Shown here in pieces: positions 40,086 to 51,990 of a stretch of DNA of 64,000 nt. The DNA is taken from contig NC_087251.1 in NCBI RefSeq assembly GCF_037042905.1, forward strand, positions 38,938,001 to 39,002,000, written 5' to 3'. Made by a program: the position numbers and the translations under genes. The notes under the pieces are model-generated. The model had not been told where the DNA came from. It ran no database searches and saw nothing but the letters and a program-made list of their open reading frames with translations. The DNA comes from Lytechinus pictus. Lineage: Eukaryota. The stretch's first letter is position 1. The number at the start of each line of letters is the position of its first letter.

Positions 40086-41506
40086 TTAAGCAAATTTCAT
40101 AAATTATTAAATTGAACTTTAATGCATGAGTGAACACAAATTAAACTTATGGGGCAGCATTTCACCTTTATCATGTGGATCTCAGCAATGTGTTCATGGA
40201 AGTCGGGAGAATAGGGGGTGAGATAGGACTTAAATGGGAGAAGTAGGTTGATGGAATAAGGGTGAACAGAACATTTAGCCCCCCCCCCCTCCCTCCCCTC
40301 CTGTTTAGAGACTGATTGCTATTGTCATGTACACATGAAGTCCAGAGCAGAATGTTGATTTAATTACAAATTCTGAATTGGGGCATCAACTTTTTCCTAT
40401 CAATCATTTAATCAACAATTTATCAGTAAATCAACGCATTCATTGTGCAATGTGATCAATCAAACAATCAGTTTTTTTCAATAAATTATTTCGTTAATCA
40501 TCATAATCAGTAAATTTCTTGGTAATCATTCAATGAAAAAAAAATTGACCTTCAGCCACCGGTCACTTGGCAGTTAAGTTTTGAATAGGCTACAATCCAG
40601 GGGAAGTGAGACAGAGAGAGAGAGCGAGGGGGGGAGCCTGGGAAATGGACGTGGAGGAGGAGGGTTCATATGACTTTCAATTTTTTAAATGACAAAAAGA
40701 AGAGGGATGCCCTTTTAACCAAGTCTTACCATATCTCGCCCTCTTGCTTGTAACAGGTACCATCACATTACTCTGACTCTCACGAACACACTGCTGAGGT
40801 CCACAAGATGAATATGCTACACTAAAATTACAATTCCGGTTCACTCATGCATTAAATTTCATAGTAACTCATGAAATTTGCCTAAGAAACAAAAACTTAT
40901 TTCACTCATTAATTTAGCATAACACCCTTAGCTTTTTAAGTTCCAAAGGAATAACCACTCAAAAAACTGTAAGGCTAATTCCTGCCCAGCCTAACCGAGC
41001 TTAGTCTCTCAGGAGGAGAGAAGTGGGGGGAGGGGGTAGAGATGGAGGGAGGGGTTGCTAAATGTTCTGTTGACCTTTGTCCCACCAACGTACTTCACCC
41101 ACTTAAGTCCTATCTTACTTCCTGACTCTCATGAACACATTGCTGAGATCCACATGATAAAGTCAAAATGCTGCACTATAAATTGCAATTCATGATCACT
41201 CATGCATTAAATTTCAATGCATGAAATTTTCTCAAACAACAAACTGATCAAAACTGATCATTAATTGATATTTTAATTCATCACAAAACCCTCAACTTTG
41301 CAAGTACCAAACAAAAAAACCTGAAAGATTTTGGAGGGCTAATTCCGGCCCAGCCTAATTTTCATACCCTTTGTTTCAGTGGGCAGTGCTTGCTCAAGCA
41401 TGAATGGTTTTCCAACTTTTTGAAAGTTGACTTTATTGGCTTTCCATAAGTCTTTCCCCCAAAGTGATATATTTTTTATTTGGCAGCCATTTCAAAAGTG
41501 TATATA

Positions 41507-42321
41507 CAGTGTGTCCCACAAAAAACGAAACCGAGATTTATCGATGATTTATCATAACTTAATCACAAATAAAATAGACAAATGACCTACCATTGTAAAG
41601 CTTAGAATCTCCTCTTTCATCTGAAATTATTGAGATTATTTCTCATTCACGCATGAGTAAGCAAAAGCAATTTGAAGAGGAGATACCAAAAACTCATTTG
41701 GTGGGCTGTATCTGGGTTTCAAAAAGAAAAACACATTTTTAAAAAGTTCATTATCTGCTCTTTAATTTGATACCTCAATTTTAGAAAATGGTCAAGAAAT
41801 AACAAAGTACTGGTTATTTGAAATAAGGCTTGAATTTCATTAATTTCATAAAATTAAGAGGTTTTACAGGCTAGCGTTCAAACTCACTCGACACTCAGTT
41901 TTGTTGACGATCAGCCATGCATTAAGTCTTTTGTTAACCGTGCGATAGCTTCTGTGGGGATACTGGTGAAAACACGTTTATTTAATAAAATTATAGAAAT
42001 ACAAGCATTGTTTCGAGGGACCATAACTTTCTTACTTCTTGACCATTTTTTGTGATTAAGGTATCAAATAAAAGAGCAGATATTTAACTTTTAGGCATGT
42101 GAATTTCTTTTTGAAATTCAGATACCCCCCCCCCCCCCGCCAAATGAGTTTTGGTAACCTTTCTTCAAATTGTTTTTGCTCACTCATGCATGAATGAGGA
42201 ATAATCTAAGTAATATCAGATGAAAGAGGAGATTCTAAGCTTTACATTGTCTATTGTATTTATGATTAAGTTATGATAAATCATCGCTAAATCTCGGTTT
42301 CCTTTTTTGTGGGACGCACTG
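41507..42321. mobile_element. Tc1/mariner-like palindromic MITE
   Basis: TA|CAGTGTGTCCCACAAAAAACGAAACCGAGATTT ... AAATCTCGGTTTCCTTTTTTGTGGGACGCACTG|TA; long internal inverted symmetry. Confidence 0.9.
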
Positions 42322-42356
42322 TATATATGTTTTTTTTTGGGGGGGGACGCACTCTA

Positions 42357-44297
42357 CAGTGCGTATCAAAAAAAAGTTTACACTTTGAAAAAGCCCTGGA
42401 AATTAAAAAATATACAACATGTGGGTAATTTTTTCTCATATAATCTTAGGTTTGGGTCTCATCTATCCAATGAACGTAAACATTTTGACAGAATATTACA
42501 CTTGAGTGAGCACTGTCCATTTTTGTAAAGCTCGCAGAAATCTGTTTGCGAAGAAAAGCTTGTTTTCACGCTGAGTCAAGGGGAAAGGGCGAAATCAAAC
42601 TTACCCTGAGAAACATTTATCATACATTTCCCTTGCACTTTTAGTCCATTGAAATAAAACAGATACATTAAAGCATTTTGTAACAATTTTGCCACCCAAA
42701 TTGAAATTTCAACACTTAGTAAGCACAACCTTTACCCTTTTTGTGCCAGCTGGATCTGAGGACATAACTGAATCTGAACAAAAGTTTATATTACACATCT
42801 CCAGCATTTTTTTACTAAGTTTTTATCATTAAAAGTGGGTTTACATTTCATTTTTGTCTCACCTGCATAGCAGAGTGAGACTATAGGCGCCGCTTTTCCG
42901 ACGGCGACGGCGGCGGCGGCGGCGTCAACACCAAATCTTAACCTGAGGTTAAGTTTTTGAAATGACAGCATAACTTAGAAAGTATATGGACCTAGTTCAT
43001 GAAACTTGGCCATAAGGTTAATCAAGTATTACTGAACATCCTGCCTGAGTTTCATGTCACATGACCAAGGTCAAAGGTCATTTAGGGTCAATGAACTTAG
43101 ACCATGTTGGGGGAATCAACATCAAAATCTTAACCTAAGGTTAAGTTTTTGAAATGTCATCATAACTTAAAAAATATATGGACCTAGTTCATGAAACTTA
43201 TACATAAGGTTAATCAAGTATCACTGAACATCCTGCATGAGTTTCACATCACATGACCAAGGTCAAAGGTCATTTAGGGTCAATGAACTTTGGCCGAATT
43301 GGGGGTATCTGTTGAATTACCATCATAACTTTGAAAGTTTATGGATCTGATTCATGAAACTTGGACATAATAGTAATCAAGTATTACTGAACATCCTGTG
43401 CAAGTTTCAGGTCACATGATCAAGGTCAAAGGTCATTTAGGGTCAATGAACTTTGGCCAAATTGGGGTATTTGTTGAATTACAGCCATAAATTTGAAAGT
43501 GTGTTGGTCTAGTTCATAAAACTTGGACATAATAGTAACCAAGTATCACTGAACATCCTGTGCGAGTTTCAGGTCACATGATCAAGGTCAAAGGTCATGT
43601 AAGGTCAAAGAACTTTGGCCACGTAGGGGGTATTTGTTGAATTGCCATCATATCTCTATAAGTGTATTGGTCTAGTTCATAAAACGTGGAAATAAGAGTA
43701 ACCAAGTATCACTGAACATCTTGTGCGAGTTATAGTAGTTTTCAAAATCAGCACTGCTGCTATATTGAATCGCGTGATGCAGGTGAGACGGCCAGAGGCA
43801 TTCCACTTGTTCATTTAATACTTGTTTCTCCACACTTTTCCCAAGCTTGACAATGATTAACAAATGAAAATCAAGCCTAAGCCTTTTCATGTAAATCACA
43901 GCTCAGTGTAAAGCAAATATCGTCACGATGGCCCCGGTGTGTGGGGGAGTGGGGTGGGGCACAATGCACTCTTCGAAGTGTTTTGGGCAAGGAAACAAGT
44001 TTGAAAAGGTAAAGAGATCTTCAAATTAATTTTTCTAGCTAAATTCCACGTGTTCTTTATGATTAAGGTCTACTTTTCTTTGCATAACTATTTCAAATTT
44101 CTGCGCAAATCATTTTTCACTAACTTTTCAAAAGTAAGTGGTGCTCACTCAAGCGGAAATATTTTTCGACGGTTATATCGCCATTTGCTTAAATGGATCT
44201 ATACCAATGTTAAAATGTGGAAAAATCTTCAGATTATTACAAATGTATAATTCTACAGGATTTTTTCTAAGTGTAAACTTTTTTTTGATACGCGCTG
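42357..44297. mobile_element. Tc1/mariner-like non-autonomous element
   Basis: TA|CAGTGCGTATCAAAAAAAAGTTTACACTT ... AAGTGTAAACTTTTTTTTGATACGCGCTG|TA. Confidence 0.88.
42851..43811 (+). mobile_element. HINE-like element, family A copy 3 (longest), nested in 42357-44297
   Basis: Same termini as 20121-20880, with more internal tandem units. Confidence 0.85.
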
Positions 44298-44387
44298 TAG
44301 TGTATGTATAGTGTGACAGTGACCCCACCATGTATATTTTATTTGAATCTCATTCAATTTGATTTTTTCTTTTATGTTACATTGCAG

Positions 44388-44786
44388 ATTTGTGTTCAGT
44401 TGCTAGTTGGTCACTTGAAGTTCACCATCCCATATTTGAGAAACATCCGGCCACACTGGGAAGACATCCAGGACCTGTGAAATAGATGGACGACTACTTT
44501 GATGAGGATGGGGCTCATCACTGGGTGGATGAGGATGACCCTTACGTGGAGTTGGATAGCTTCAACGACGACAACGACCAACCTCGGTCCAGTTCGGATG
44601 GCTCCAGCAGCGATTGCTGTGATGTCGTCCTCCCGTACGAGAGTGAGCATCCCAACAAGTATGTCCCTTGGGCCATGAAGCAGTATCCTCCGGATGTCAT
44701 TGAGGCATGGACCATGCTTCATAACTGCACGCTGTCCGGCAATCAACAACCTGCTCCAGAGTTCTTGGACAAGTTGTCCAAAGAAG
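44388..44786 (+). CDS. ASB-like first coding exon (5' UTR 44388-44485; acidic N-terminus from 44486)
   Basis: Acceptor TTTTATGTTACATTGCAG; MDDYFDEDGAHHW...SKE; donor AAG|GTACTG. Confidence 0.8.
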
Positions 44787-47700
44787 GTACTGGTTTCTCA
44801 TAGACTACTCAATTATTAGTGTAAACAAATCTATTTTTTAACATTACTTTCTTTTGTTTATCTTCTTTTTTCTTATGGCAAATGAACAACTTGCTTCAGA
44901 GTTCTTGGGCAAGTTGCCCAAAGAAAGTACAGGTTTCTCATAGATTTGCCCTCATTGGTGTACGAAATTCAGCACATTTCACAATCATTCATACTATTAA
45001 ATGCTTACTTGGTAATTTATCCGAATTGGGTAATATTGTGAAGGTCAGGCTCAACCACTGATCTTCATTTTAGCAGGAATGTGTCTCAAACAGGTTACTT
45101 GTATGAAGGTAAAACTATTTATTGCAGATAATCCACAATAGCCAAAGCCAGTAAGAAGAGATATGCTTAGATCCCATATGGATGTCACTTTACGTTGGGC
45201 CTGGGACAAATACTCTTTGTGCCATGTGATTATCAGAAATCGCAAAAAAATTGACCTATTTACATGACCTGTAGACCAGTGGTCACACATAATGCATTAA
45301 GTGACTTATTCGAGTGTCCAAGCACAGCGCTTACGACATGCTCATCAACAGAGCTGAATGATGCGCTGTCACCAGTATGGTCGTCGTCGTTGCTTCTGGA
45401 AAGAGTTACCTGGAATTTAATGAAATTATAGCATGAATTTCATTTGTTATCTTGCACTTTATCAAATATTAAAGATGATAGCGACCAACTTTAAATAATC
45501 GAATGTCTACAATCAGTTATGAACATCTAGCGAACATTTGATTAGTTTAAACAGTAAATGTTGAACTGCTGATTGTTGGTAAACTGATTGAATGCATTGC
45601 TTGTTTGAGTTTTACTCCCAGGCCTATTGTACCTTGTGCCATAGTCTGAGAAGTAGGGGCTCATCTTTTAATCATTACTTCAGTCAAACCTGCAAAGCCA
45701 ACTTCGAACAGACCATCATTGGCAATAGCCATGTAAACTCCTCAAAAAAAGTTTTGAAATCTGGCTTTGATCGATAATCCCTCCTCGGTTTTAGTAAATG
45801 TCAATGTGTGATTGATACCAATGAATATCTCATTTAATTTGCTTTAAAATGATACCCTACATGATATGATTATAGTTCACATGGAGGTGCAGTGCCTTGA
45901 AATGTGAGGCAAAGTCAAAATTCAAAAGTTGCAAAATTACACAATATTGAAAGTCACTGTTCCTTTTTTCCGTGATGATGAGTGAGTTTCTCAGCGGTTT
46001 CTTTTGTTTTCATGCACCTTAACATCAACTTGAAAGTGGAATCAAACACACCTCTGCACAAAGAAACAGGCAGGGTATTTCATACCATGACTCAAACCAT
46101 CTCACAGAACCATCACTAGATAAGATAAATAAGATTTTCATCTCTATTGACACAGACAAAAAGAATCATGTTCTTTATTGACCCCTCATGACTATTTCTG
46201 CTCGTTTTTCAGCTTTTCAATCCAGACCTCATCCAACACTTTTGAATCCTGTTCTTTTCGTGATGGCATGATCATAACAAGCATGGTATCATTTAAAGAG
46301 AATGAAATAATCTTTTGAATAATATCAAAATGTCTTGTGTAGAATTGATAGTTGGGAGAAATTAATGGTGAAACTCAGATTTCCAATATTTTTTGAAGGG
46401 GTTTAAAAAAAAAAAACATGGATACAGTTTGTTGTGTGCTGCTGCGCACCTGACCTTGAAGCTACAGGAAAAGTACTCCATGACACAATCAACATTATAT
46501 GTAATGGGGCCATATCAACGCCGAAGAAACAAGACGCACACGCACAAGAGAAAAAGTGTGGAACTTTGTGCACTCTTGTCCTTTTGGAGTACTTGTGTTT
46601 CTTGTGGCCTCAAAAGAGCACATTGTTCTTCCATCCATTTTTTTAAAATATCAATGGTGATAGCTTTGGATGGTCTGGAAGGAGGTTTCACTGTTTTGAC
46701 TGTAGCATTATTTGGCAGAAAGAGTATCATCAAACTAAATTATGAAATAGGTATATTATTTCAAGCATCGCGATTGGCCAATACGTGTCACATGACATCC
46801 AACTTTTTTTGTGCACTGCATGGCAGTGCAAAAGGTGCGCAACAAAAATTGATATTGCACGCTCACGCGCCAGTGCGGTAGAAGTCCCGGGAGATTTCCA
46901 ACAAAACTGTACTGTAACTTTTTAAGAATTTGTTTCTTTGTTGCTATTTTCTATAAAATTCTAAAACAAATAATGCACTTGCACTGTCGTGCGTAAAAGT
47001 AAATGCAGAGAAAGCTCGGTTTCTTCAGATGGTGCACACTGGGCACTCGCCGCCAGCGGCTCGTGCACAGTGCGGCACCTATCTAAAGAAACCTTGTGTG
47101 CTCTGCATTTCCACTAATGCACATGGCTGCATGCATTATTTGTATACTATTTCATCCCCCCCCCCTTAGTACTGGATCAACCAAACCATGAAGGGGAAAC
47201 ACTGCTGTACATGGCTGCTTTCAGGGGACACTACCAGATGGTTGCTACGTTGCTCAATGCTGGAGCAAACCCTCACAAGGGAGATGAGTTCTTTGACATG
47301 ACTCCACTCTTTGTAGGTAAGCTAAGTAGGTACTCTAGGGGATCATTTCATGAAACGAGGTAGTCCATTTCCATCCTACCAAAATCAATGCATCTTATTG
47401 GCTCAGAGTGGGTTTTTTCAGTGAAAATTACTGACTTTTTGCTTCCTGAAATGCCCTCCTTTACATGTATTTGCTGGGTGATATTTCAATATCATCAAAA
47501 TTATGTGATATTGAAACAATTAATGGTTTTATGATTATGTTGATATATCGTGGTAACACGATATGATCAAAATATTATTAATTGCGAGAAGTTAATCACT
47601 ATTTATTGACCACAAATGCTGCTCTGTATTGCTTCAAATCAACTTAGAACTTTGTAAGTTGGTACACAAATGCCCGTTATTCATGGACAAACACTGAAGA

Positions 47701-50700
47701 AAATCTTACTGTCATTTCCCCCTTCCCTGCTTCCACCGAATTGCAGCTCATAATGAACATATATATTGAATCGTTGGACTCTGCAATATATCGTGTTACT
47801 GACACTTTGCTGGCAATAATCAACTAACATTGAAACCAAATATTGACCAGCCCTATTCTCCAGAGCTGAGACGACTAGATAATAATTTCCTATTACTTCT
47901 TTTATAATGAAATCAGTGATCAGTTCAAAGTAAACTTTGCTTAGGTTGACTTGAATATATATATATATATATCGAACAAGCTAGCGATACAGTATTCTTG
48001 TATTGTTTTACACCTAATGTTTGTAGTAAGTTTTCTTTTTGGAAGTATTGAAAGATAAAATGTTATCTCTTCAAATATGTGAGCAGGCCTTTAAAGCCTT
48101 TCATTCAGGATGTCAGTTCTCTTTCTCTGTGTCTGTCTGTCACTCCCTTTCTCTGACTGCCATTCCCTCTCTCTGTATCTCTCTCTCTCTCTCCTTTTAC
48201 AGCTGTACAAAATTGTCACATTGAGTGCGTCAACAAGTTGCTAGAGCATGTCCCTGTCAACCATGAGAACACTAGCGGTTTCACTGCCCTCTTCAAGGCA
48301 GCTCAGTTTGGACCTCACAAAGACATGCTACGTTACCTCAGCCAACCTCCACCGCATCTACAGGAAATAATACATAAAACAAGACCGCAGAATGAAGTTA
48401 TCTTAGATACTCTGCTTGAAAAAGGTAATCAGCAGTACTGATTGAGTGGTTGATTCATCAATTTTCCAATACAAAAATTTATATCATAAATAGGAGTGGA
48501 CTATACATGGGTCAAAAATACTTTTTTGTCAATTTGATATGGCAACAGTTTTTATCTGTTCCTTGTAATGTACCGGTATCTCAACATGAAATGACAATCC
48601 ATATTGGCCGCCAAAATCACAGTTTTAGCCACAAATTCTTTATTTGGTGGTCTTTTTCTCTTGTTTTGGTGTCTATTCATATGTTTTGGGGGCAGGCAAT
48701 CTGTTTTACCTGGAATTAGTACTTAAAAACCATTATTTGTAGAGTTAAAGGGTAATTTTACCTAAATTTACACATTTTTAGACCCATTTTTCAGCCAAAA
48801 ATTAGATTTCATCGTCTTGTGGTCCTTGGATATTGGTCGATACAAGTAGTTTCATATAGCTATATTGCTCTCATTCCTCTTCTTTGGGTTCTATGGATAT
48901 TTACGAAATAAATACCCAGGTGAGGTAAATGGGAACCGGCAGGAAGTAATTCCTCAAAAAGCTGTGGGCACCAGAATTGGTAGACTAGCTTAGCCGGGGT
49001 AATATAGGAGCGTCTTGAGCACCTAGCTAGGTGGGTACGCGCGCTATACAAATCCCATATTATTATTATTTCAGTAGCTTATAACATTTGGTAATAATAT
49101 TCATTGACTATTTACATCATGAAATTGTCCCAAGAAAGGCAAGAACACTAACTACTTGTCTTCATCTCGATCAGGAGCCGATGTAAACTTCACATCCAAG
49201 GTTGGACTCACACCTCTGTTGGTGGCCACCCGGGAGAACAACGTGTATGCCGTGCGGAGGTTACTGGAGTGCGGGGCCGATCCCATGGCTCTATACAAGC
49301 ATCCTATCTCTTCCATGAAATCACCTCTCTCTGCCCTCGATATGGCTGCCGAAGATGAGAGCACGGAGTAAGGAATGGATAGAACACTTTTCTCTTGCCA
49401 TTTAATAGAGTTTTTGTGATTGGTCATAGTTCTGATTTCCGCAATTGATTACATTGCTTATTGTATATTTTCATAAGTACAAAAAATCAGCCTCATGATC
49501 ATTCACAAGGTCAAAACTCATTTAAAGTCCAAAAGCTTTTTTTAAATTAATATTTCATTTTTTCTTAAATGAAAATTTTACCATGATTTTTACTCTTACT
49601 ACAATTAATATCCAGGAGAACCTAATAATTTAAGACGTAAGAAAGCAATATCAAGGTATATGATCAAATTCATTCATTTTTCGTGTTCCATATGAAAGGA
49701 GAATCAGAGGTAGGGAATACAAGTATGACAAGTATATGTTTTTACATGTAAATTTATGAAAATGTTTGACATGCTGTTTAATTGAATTGTACAACGCAAT
49801 GCAGGCAAGACTGCCCGGGATGTTCCACTTACAGTCGAACCTCCGATCCCCCTCCCTGTTGCCTCCACCAATCTCAATTTGTGGACAGTAACTTTGTTTC
49901 AGTATGGGTCCATACTGAAACAAAATCACAGTCATCAAATTGATAAATTCATACTATGGATTTATATTTCATATCTTTAGTACCCAAAGTGAACCTGTTA
50001 TTTTCTTTTCTTCCTTTGCAGATCATTACAAGTCATTCTAGAGAAGTGTAGTGATAATAAGACCTTAATGTCAAGGAACAGTGCAATGTGCTTGGCGGTT
50101 CGCAAGGGGAATCTCCCCTGTGTTCAGGCACTCATCGATACAGGATTTGATGCTGACATGGGTGTCAAGCTACCCCCAGCAGAACTTGAGCAGTTCCGAT
50201 CATCGGAAGATGCGCTTCCTATCCTCACCTGCATTGACAAGGTTAATCTTGACCTAGCGAGGTATCTCCTGTCAAGGGGGGCATCGCCGCTTTATCACAA
50301 TCTTCCCATCGCCGAGCCGTTTGATAGATGCCCTGTCTACAATGCCTTCCTAAAGAGCAGGGCACTCCTGGAGATCCTCCTCGCTCACTGTGCCGACATG
50401 AAATCTTGCCCGACCCTCAGAGACGTCCATTTTCCTATCAGAGATCCTGCTGTGTGGGAGCGAACGCCGTCATGCTTTGAAGTCATATTGCGGGCTGGAT
50501 TCAGGCTTAATTTAGACTCCCTGAATTTCAGTGATATTCATCTGCAGGGAAGGAATATTGAGGACGTCGCCAGGATTTGGTGGTTCTATACAGACGAAAT
50601 TCCAAAGGATGAATATCTCAATGCGATTCTTGTTGACTTTATTGGTAAGGAAACTACAGTTTATGTTGAAGTTTTATTCATTGTGTATTCTCTTCAGTTG

Positions 50701-51990
50701 AAATAATACATCTTCATAACATCAAGGCTTGCTGATTGTTGTGTCAGAAGCATGTCAGCTGTCATTTTGTTATGCATTTGAAGTAGACCACCAGTCTAAT
50801 TAATCATGTTCATTAATTTCTAAGTTTCACTTGTGTGCGTAGCAGTCTATTCTAAGTTAGTAGAATCCCCCCAAGGGTACAGTCTATTCTAAGTAAGTAG
50901 AACCCCCCCAAAAAATAAGGGTCTATCTATTCCAATTCATGATATGATTATATGAATTTATATGCTCTAAAGTAGCTATGATGTTGAGGATATATACTAC
51001 ATCTGTGTATGTTTGGATGAATTGTGTGAGTGTTTGTGAAGATTAATTTTGATCCATCTCTATCTCCATATTATTCTTTGCGATAGATAACAATTTTAAA
51101 GAATGGAATGGTCAGAAATTTTCAGGATATGATCTTTGTCAGTAGTCTTCTGATATCCAATAATTTACTAAACATGTAGGATAAGGGTGCAAAGTGCCCT
51201 TATAAATAAAAATAAAAACAATAACTGAAGGATGCTAGATATCTCAAAATTCAAACTGTCACAAGGTTCAAAGTTGAGGAATATTTAACAAAGACAACAC
51301 ATTTGTAAGATTGGAATTCTTGATGATACTTGAGTATAATTCACATTACTGACACTTTATCAAAACTTTATAGATTCACTATAAATCTAATTGTTAATGA
51401 AATTCATAGTAAAACTATGATATCAATACTTCACCATATAAACTGATGAGAATTTGAGTGTGTCCAAGGTCAGTGATTGCAGAAGCCATCTTGAATTGGT
51501 GATTAATTACAATTAGTAAGCCCTATTATCACTTGTTATAACTTAGAGGTGCTAGTCTTCTGACTTCTGCCTGATTGCATCCCACAAAAAAAGCGGTCTT
51601 TTGAGTGAGATATTTCAATAATTGGATATGTTTCGATCATAAAATTTTGATCAATGGAAAATCAAATCTCTCTGAATTGAGACTGCAACTTGATTTTGAC
51701 ATTAAATTTCCAAACTGTTCTTGATCATCTATGCGTAAACAATTCATATCTTATTTGGTATCAAATGAGGAAGGAAAATTGAATTCTATAATGATGTAAA
51801 TGATGACAAAGCTGAATAAATTTTTGTTCCATTTGTCTCCTTTTATTCAGAAATGCCTCGGTCACTGGCTGACCTATGTCGAGTGACAATACGAAGGAGC
51901 ATCAGCTTTCCCAAACTAGCCAAGCCTTCGACATCTGTGAGGCTCTTGCCAATACCCCAACACCTACAGGATTACGTTGGACATATGTGA
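44486..51990 (+). CDS. Ankyrin repeat and SOCS box-containing (ASB-family) protein, 541 aa; join(44486..44786,47170..47316,48203..48424,49175..49367,50022..50644,51851..51990)
   Basis: All five introns are GT-AG and phases match (1,1,1,2,1); CDS 1626 nt with in-frame TAG immediately before the ATG. Ankyrin motifs GETLLYMAAFRGHYQMVATLLNAGAN, DMTPLFVAVQNCHIECVNKLL, GFTALFKAA, GLTPLLVATRENNVYAVRRLLECGAD, SAMCLAVRKGNLPCVQALIDTGFD. C-terminal SOCS box PRSLADLCRVTIRRS...LPIPQHLQDYV. Confidence 0.92.
46966..47143. repeat. About 180-bp imperfect palindrome (hairpin-type repeat) in intron
   Basis: ACAAATAATGCA...AAATGCAGAG...GGTTTCTT.AGAT.GTGC ... GCACCTATCT.AAGAAACC...CTCTGCATTT...TGCATTATTTGT. Confidence 0.8.
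47170..47316 (+). CDS. ASB-like coding exon 2 (ankyrin repeat)
   Basis: CCCCTTAG| VLDQPNHEGETLLYMAAFRGHYQMVATLLNAGANPHKGDEFFDMTPLFV |GTAAG; not in the ORF track. Confidence 0.92.
48203..48424 (+). CDS. ASB-like coding exon 3
   Basis: CCTTTTACAG| AVQNCHIECVNKLLEHVPVNHENTSGFTALFKAAQFG...ILDTLLEK |GTAAT. Confidence 0.9.
48914..49071 (+). mobile_element. 5'-truncated SINE (core + tail)
   Basis: ACCCAGGTGAGGTAAATGGGAACCGGCAGGAAG...GAGCACCTAG shared with the SINE at 57592; (ATT)n tail. Confidence 0.7.
49175..49367 (+). CDS. ASB-like coding exon 4
   Basis: TCTCGATCAG| GADVNFTSKVGLTPLLVATRENNVYAVRRLLECGADPM...SPLSALDMAAEDEST |GTAAG. Confidence 0.92.
50022..50644 (+). CDS. ASB-like coding exon 5
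   Basis: TTCCTTTGCAG| SLQVILEKCSDNKTLMSRNSAMCLAVRKGNLPCVQALI...VDFI |GTAAG; overlaps the 212-aa ORF. Confidence 0.92.
51851..51990 (+). CDS. ASB-like terminal coding exon (SOCS box)
   Basis: TTTTATTCAG| EMPRSLADLCRVTIRRSISFPKLAKPSTSVRLLPIPQHLQDYVGHM*; AATAAA signals follow near 52083, 52341 and 52375. Confidence 0.92.

Larger units (their letters stand above)
38265..42354. mobile_element. Tc1/mariner-like foldback element (same family as 29931-31695, opposite internal orientation), carrying nested insertions
   Basis: Left TIR TA|CAGTGCATCCCCAAAAAAACTATACACTTTTGAAATGGCTGCC; right TIR GGCAGCCATTTCAAAAGTGTATA is interrupted at 41507-42321 and finishes ...GGGGGACGCACTC. Confidence 0.85.

Noticed and set aside
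45470..46925. Possible DNA transposon remnant and 162-aa ORF in the ASB intron
   Set aside because: No matched TIR pair or TSD could be established and the ORF has no recognisable motif.
50843..50910. Short local tandem duplication (CAGTCTATTCTAAGT..GTAGAA.CCCCCCA x2); similar at 36845-36892
   Set aside because: Ordinary slippage duplications with no further structure.
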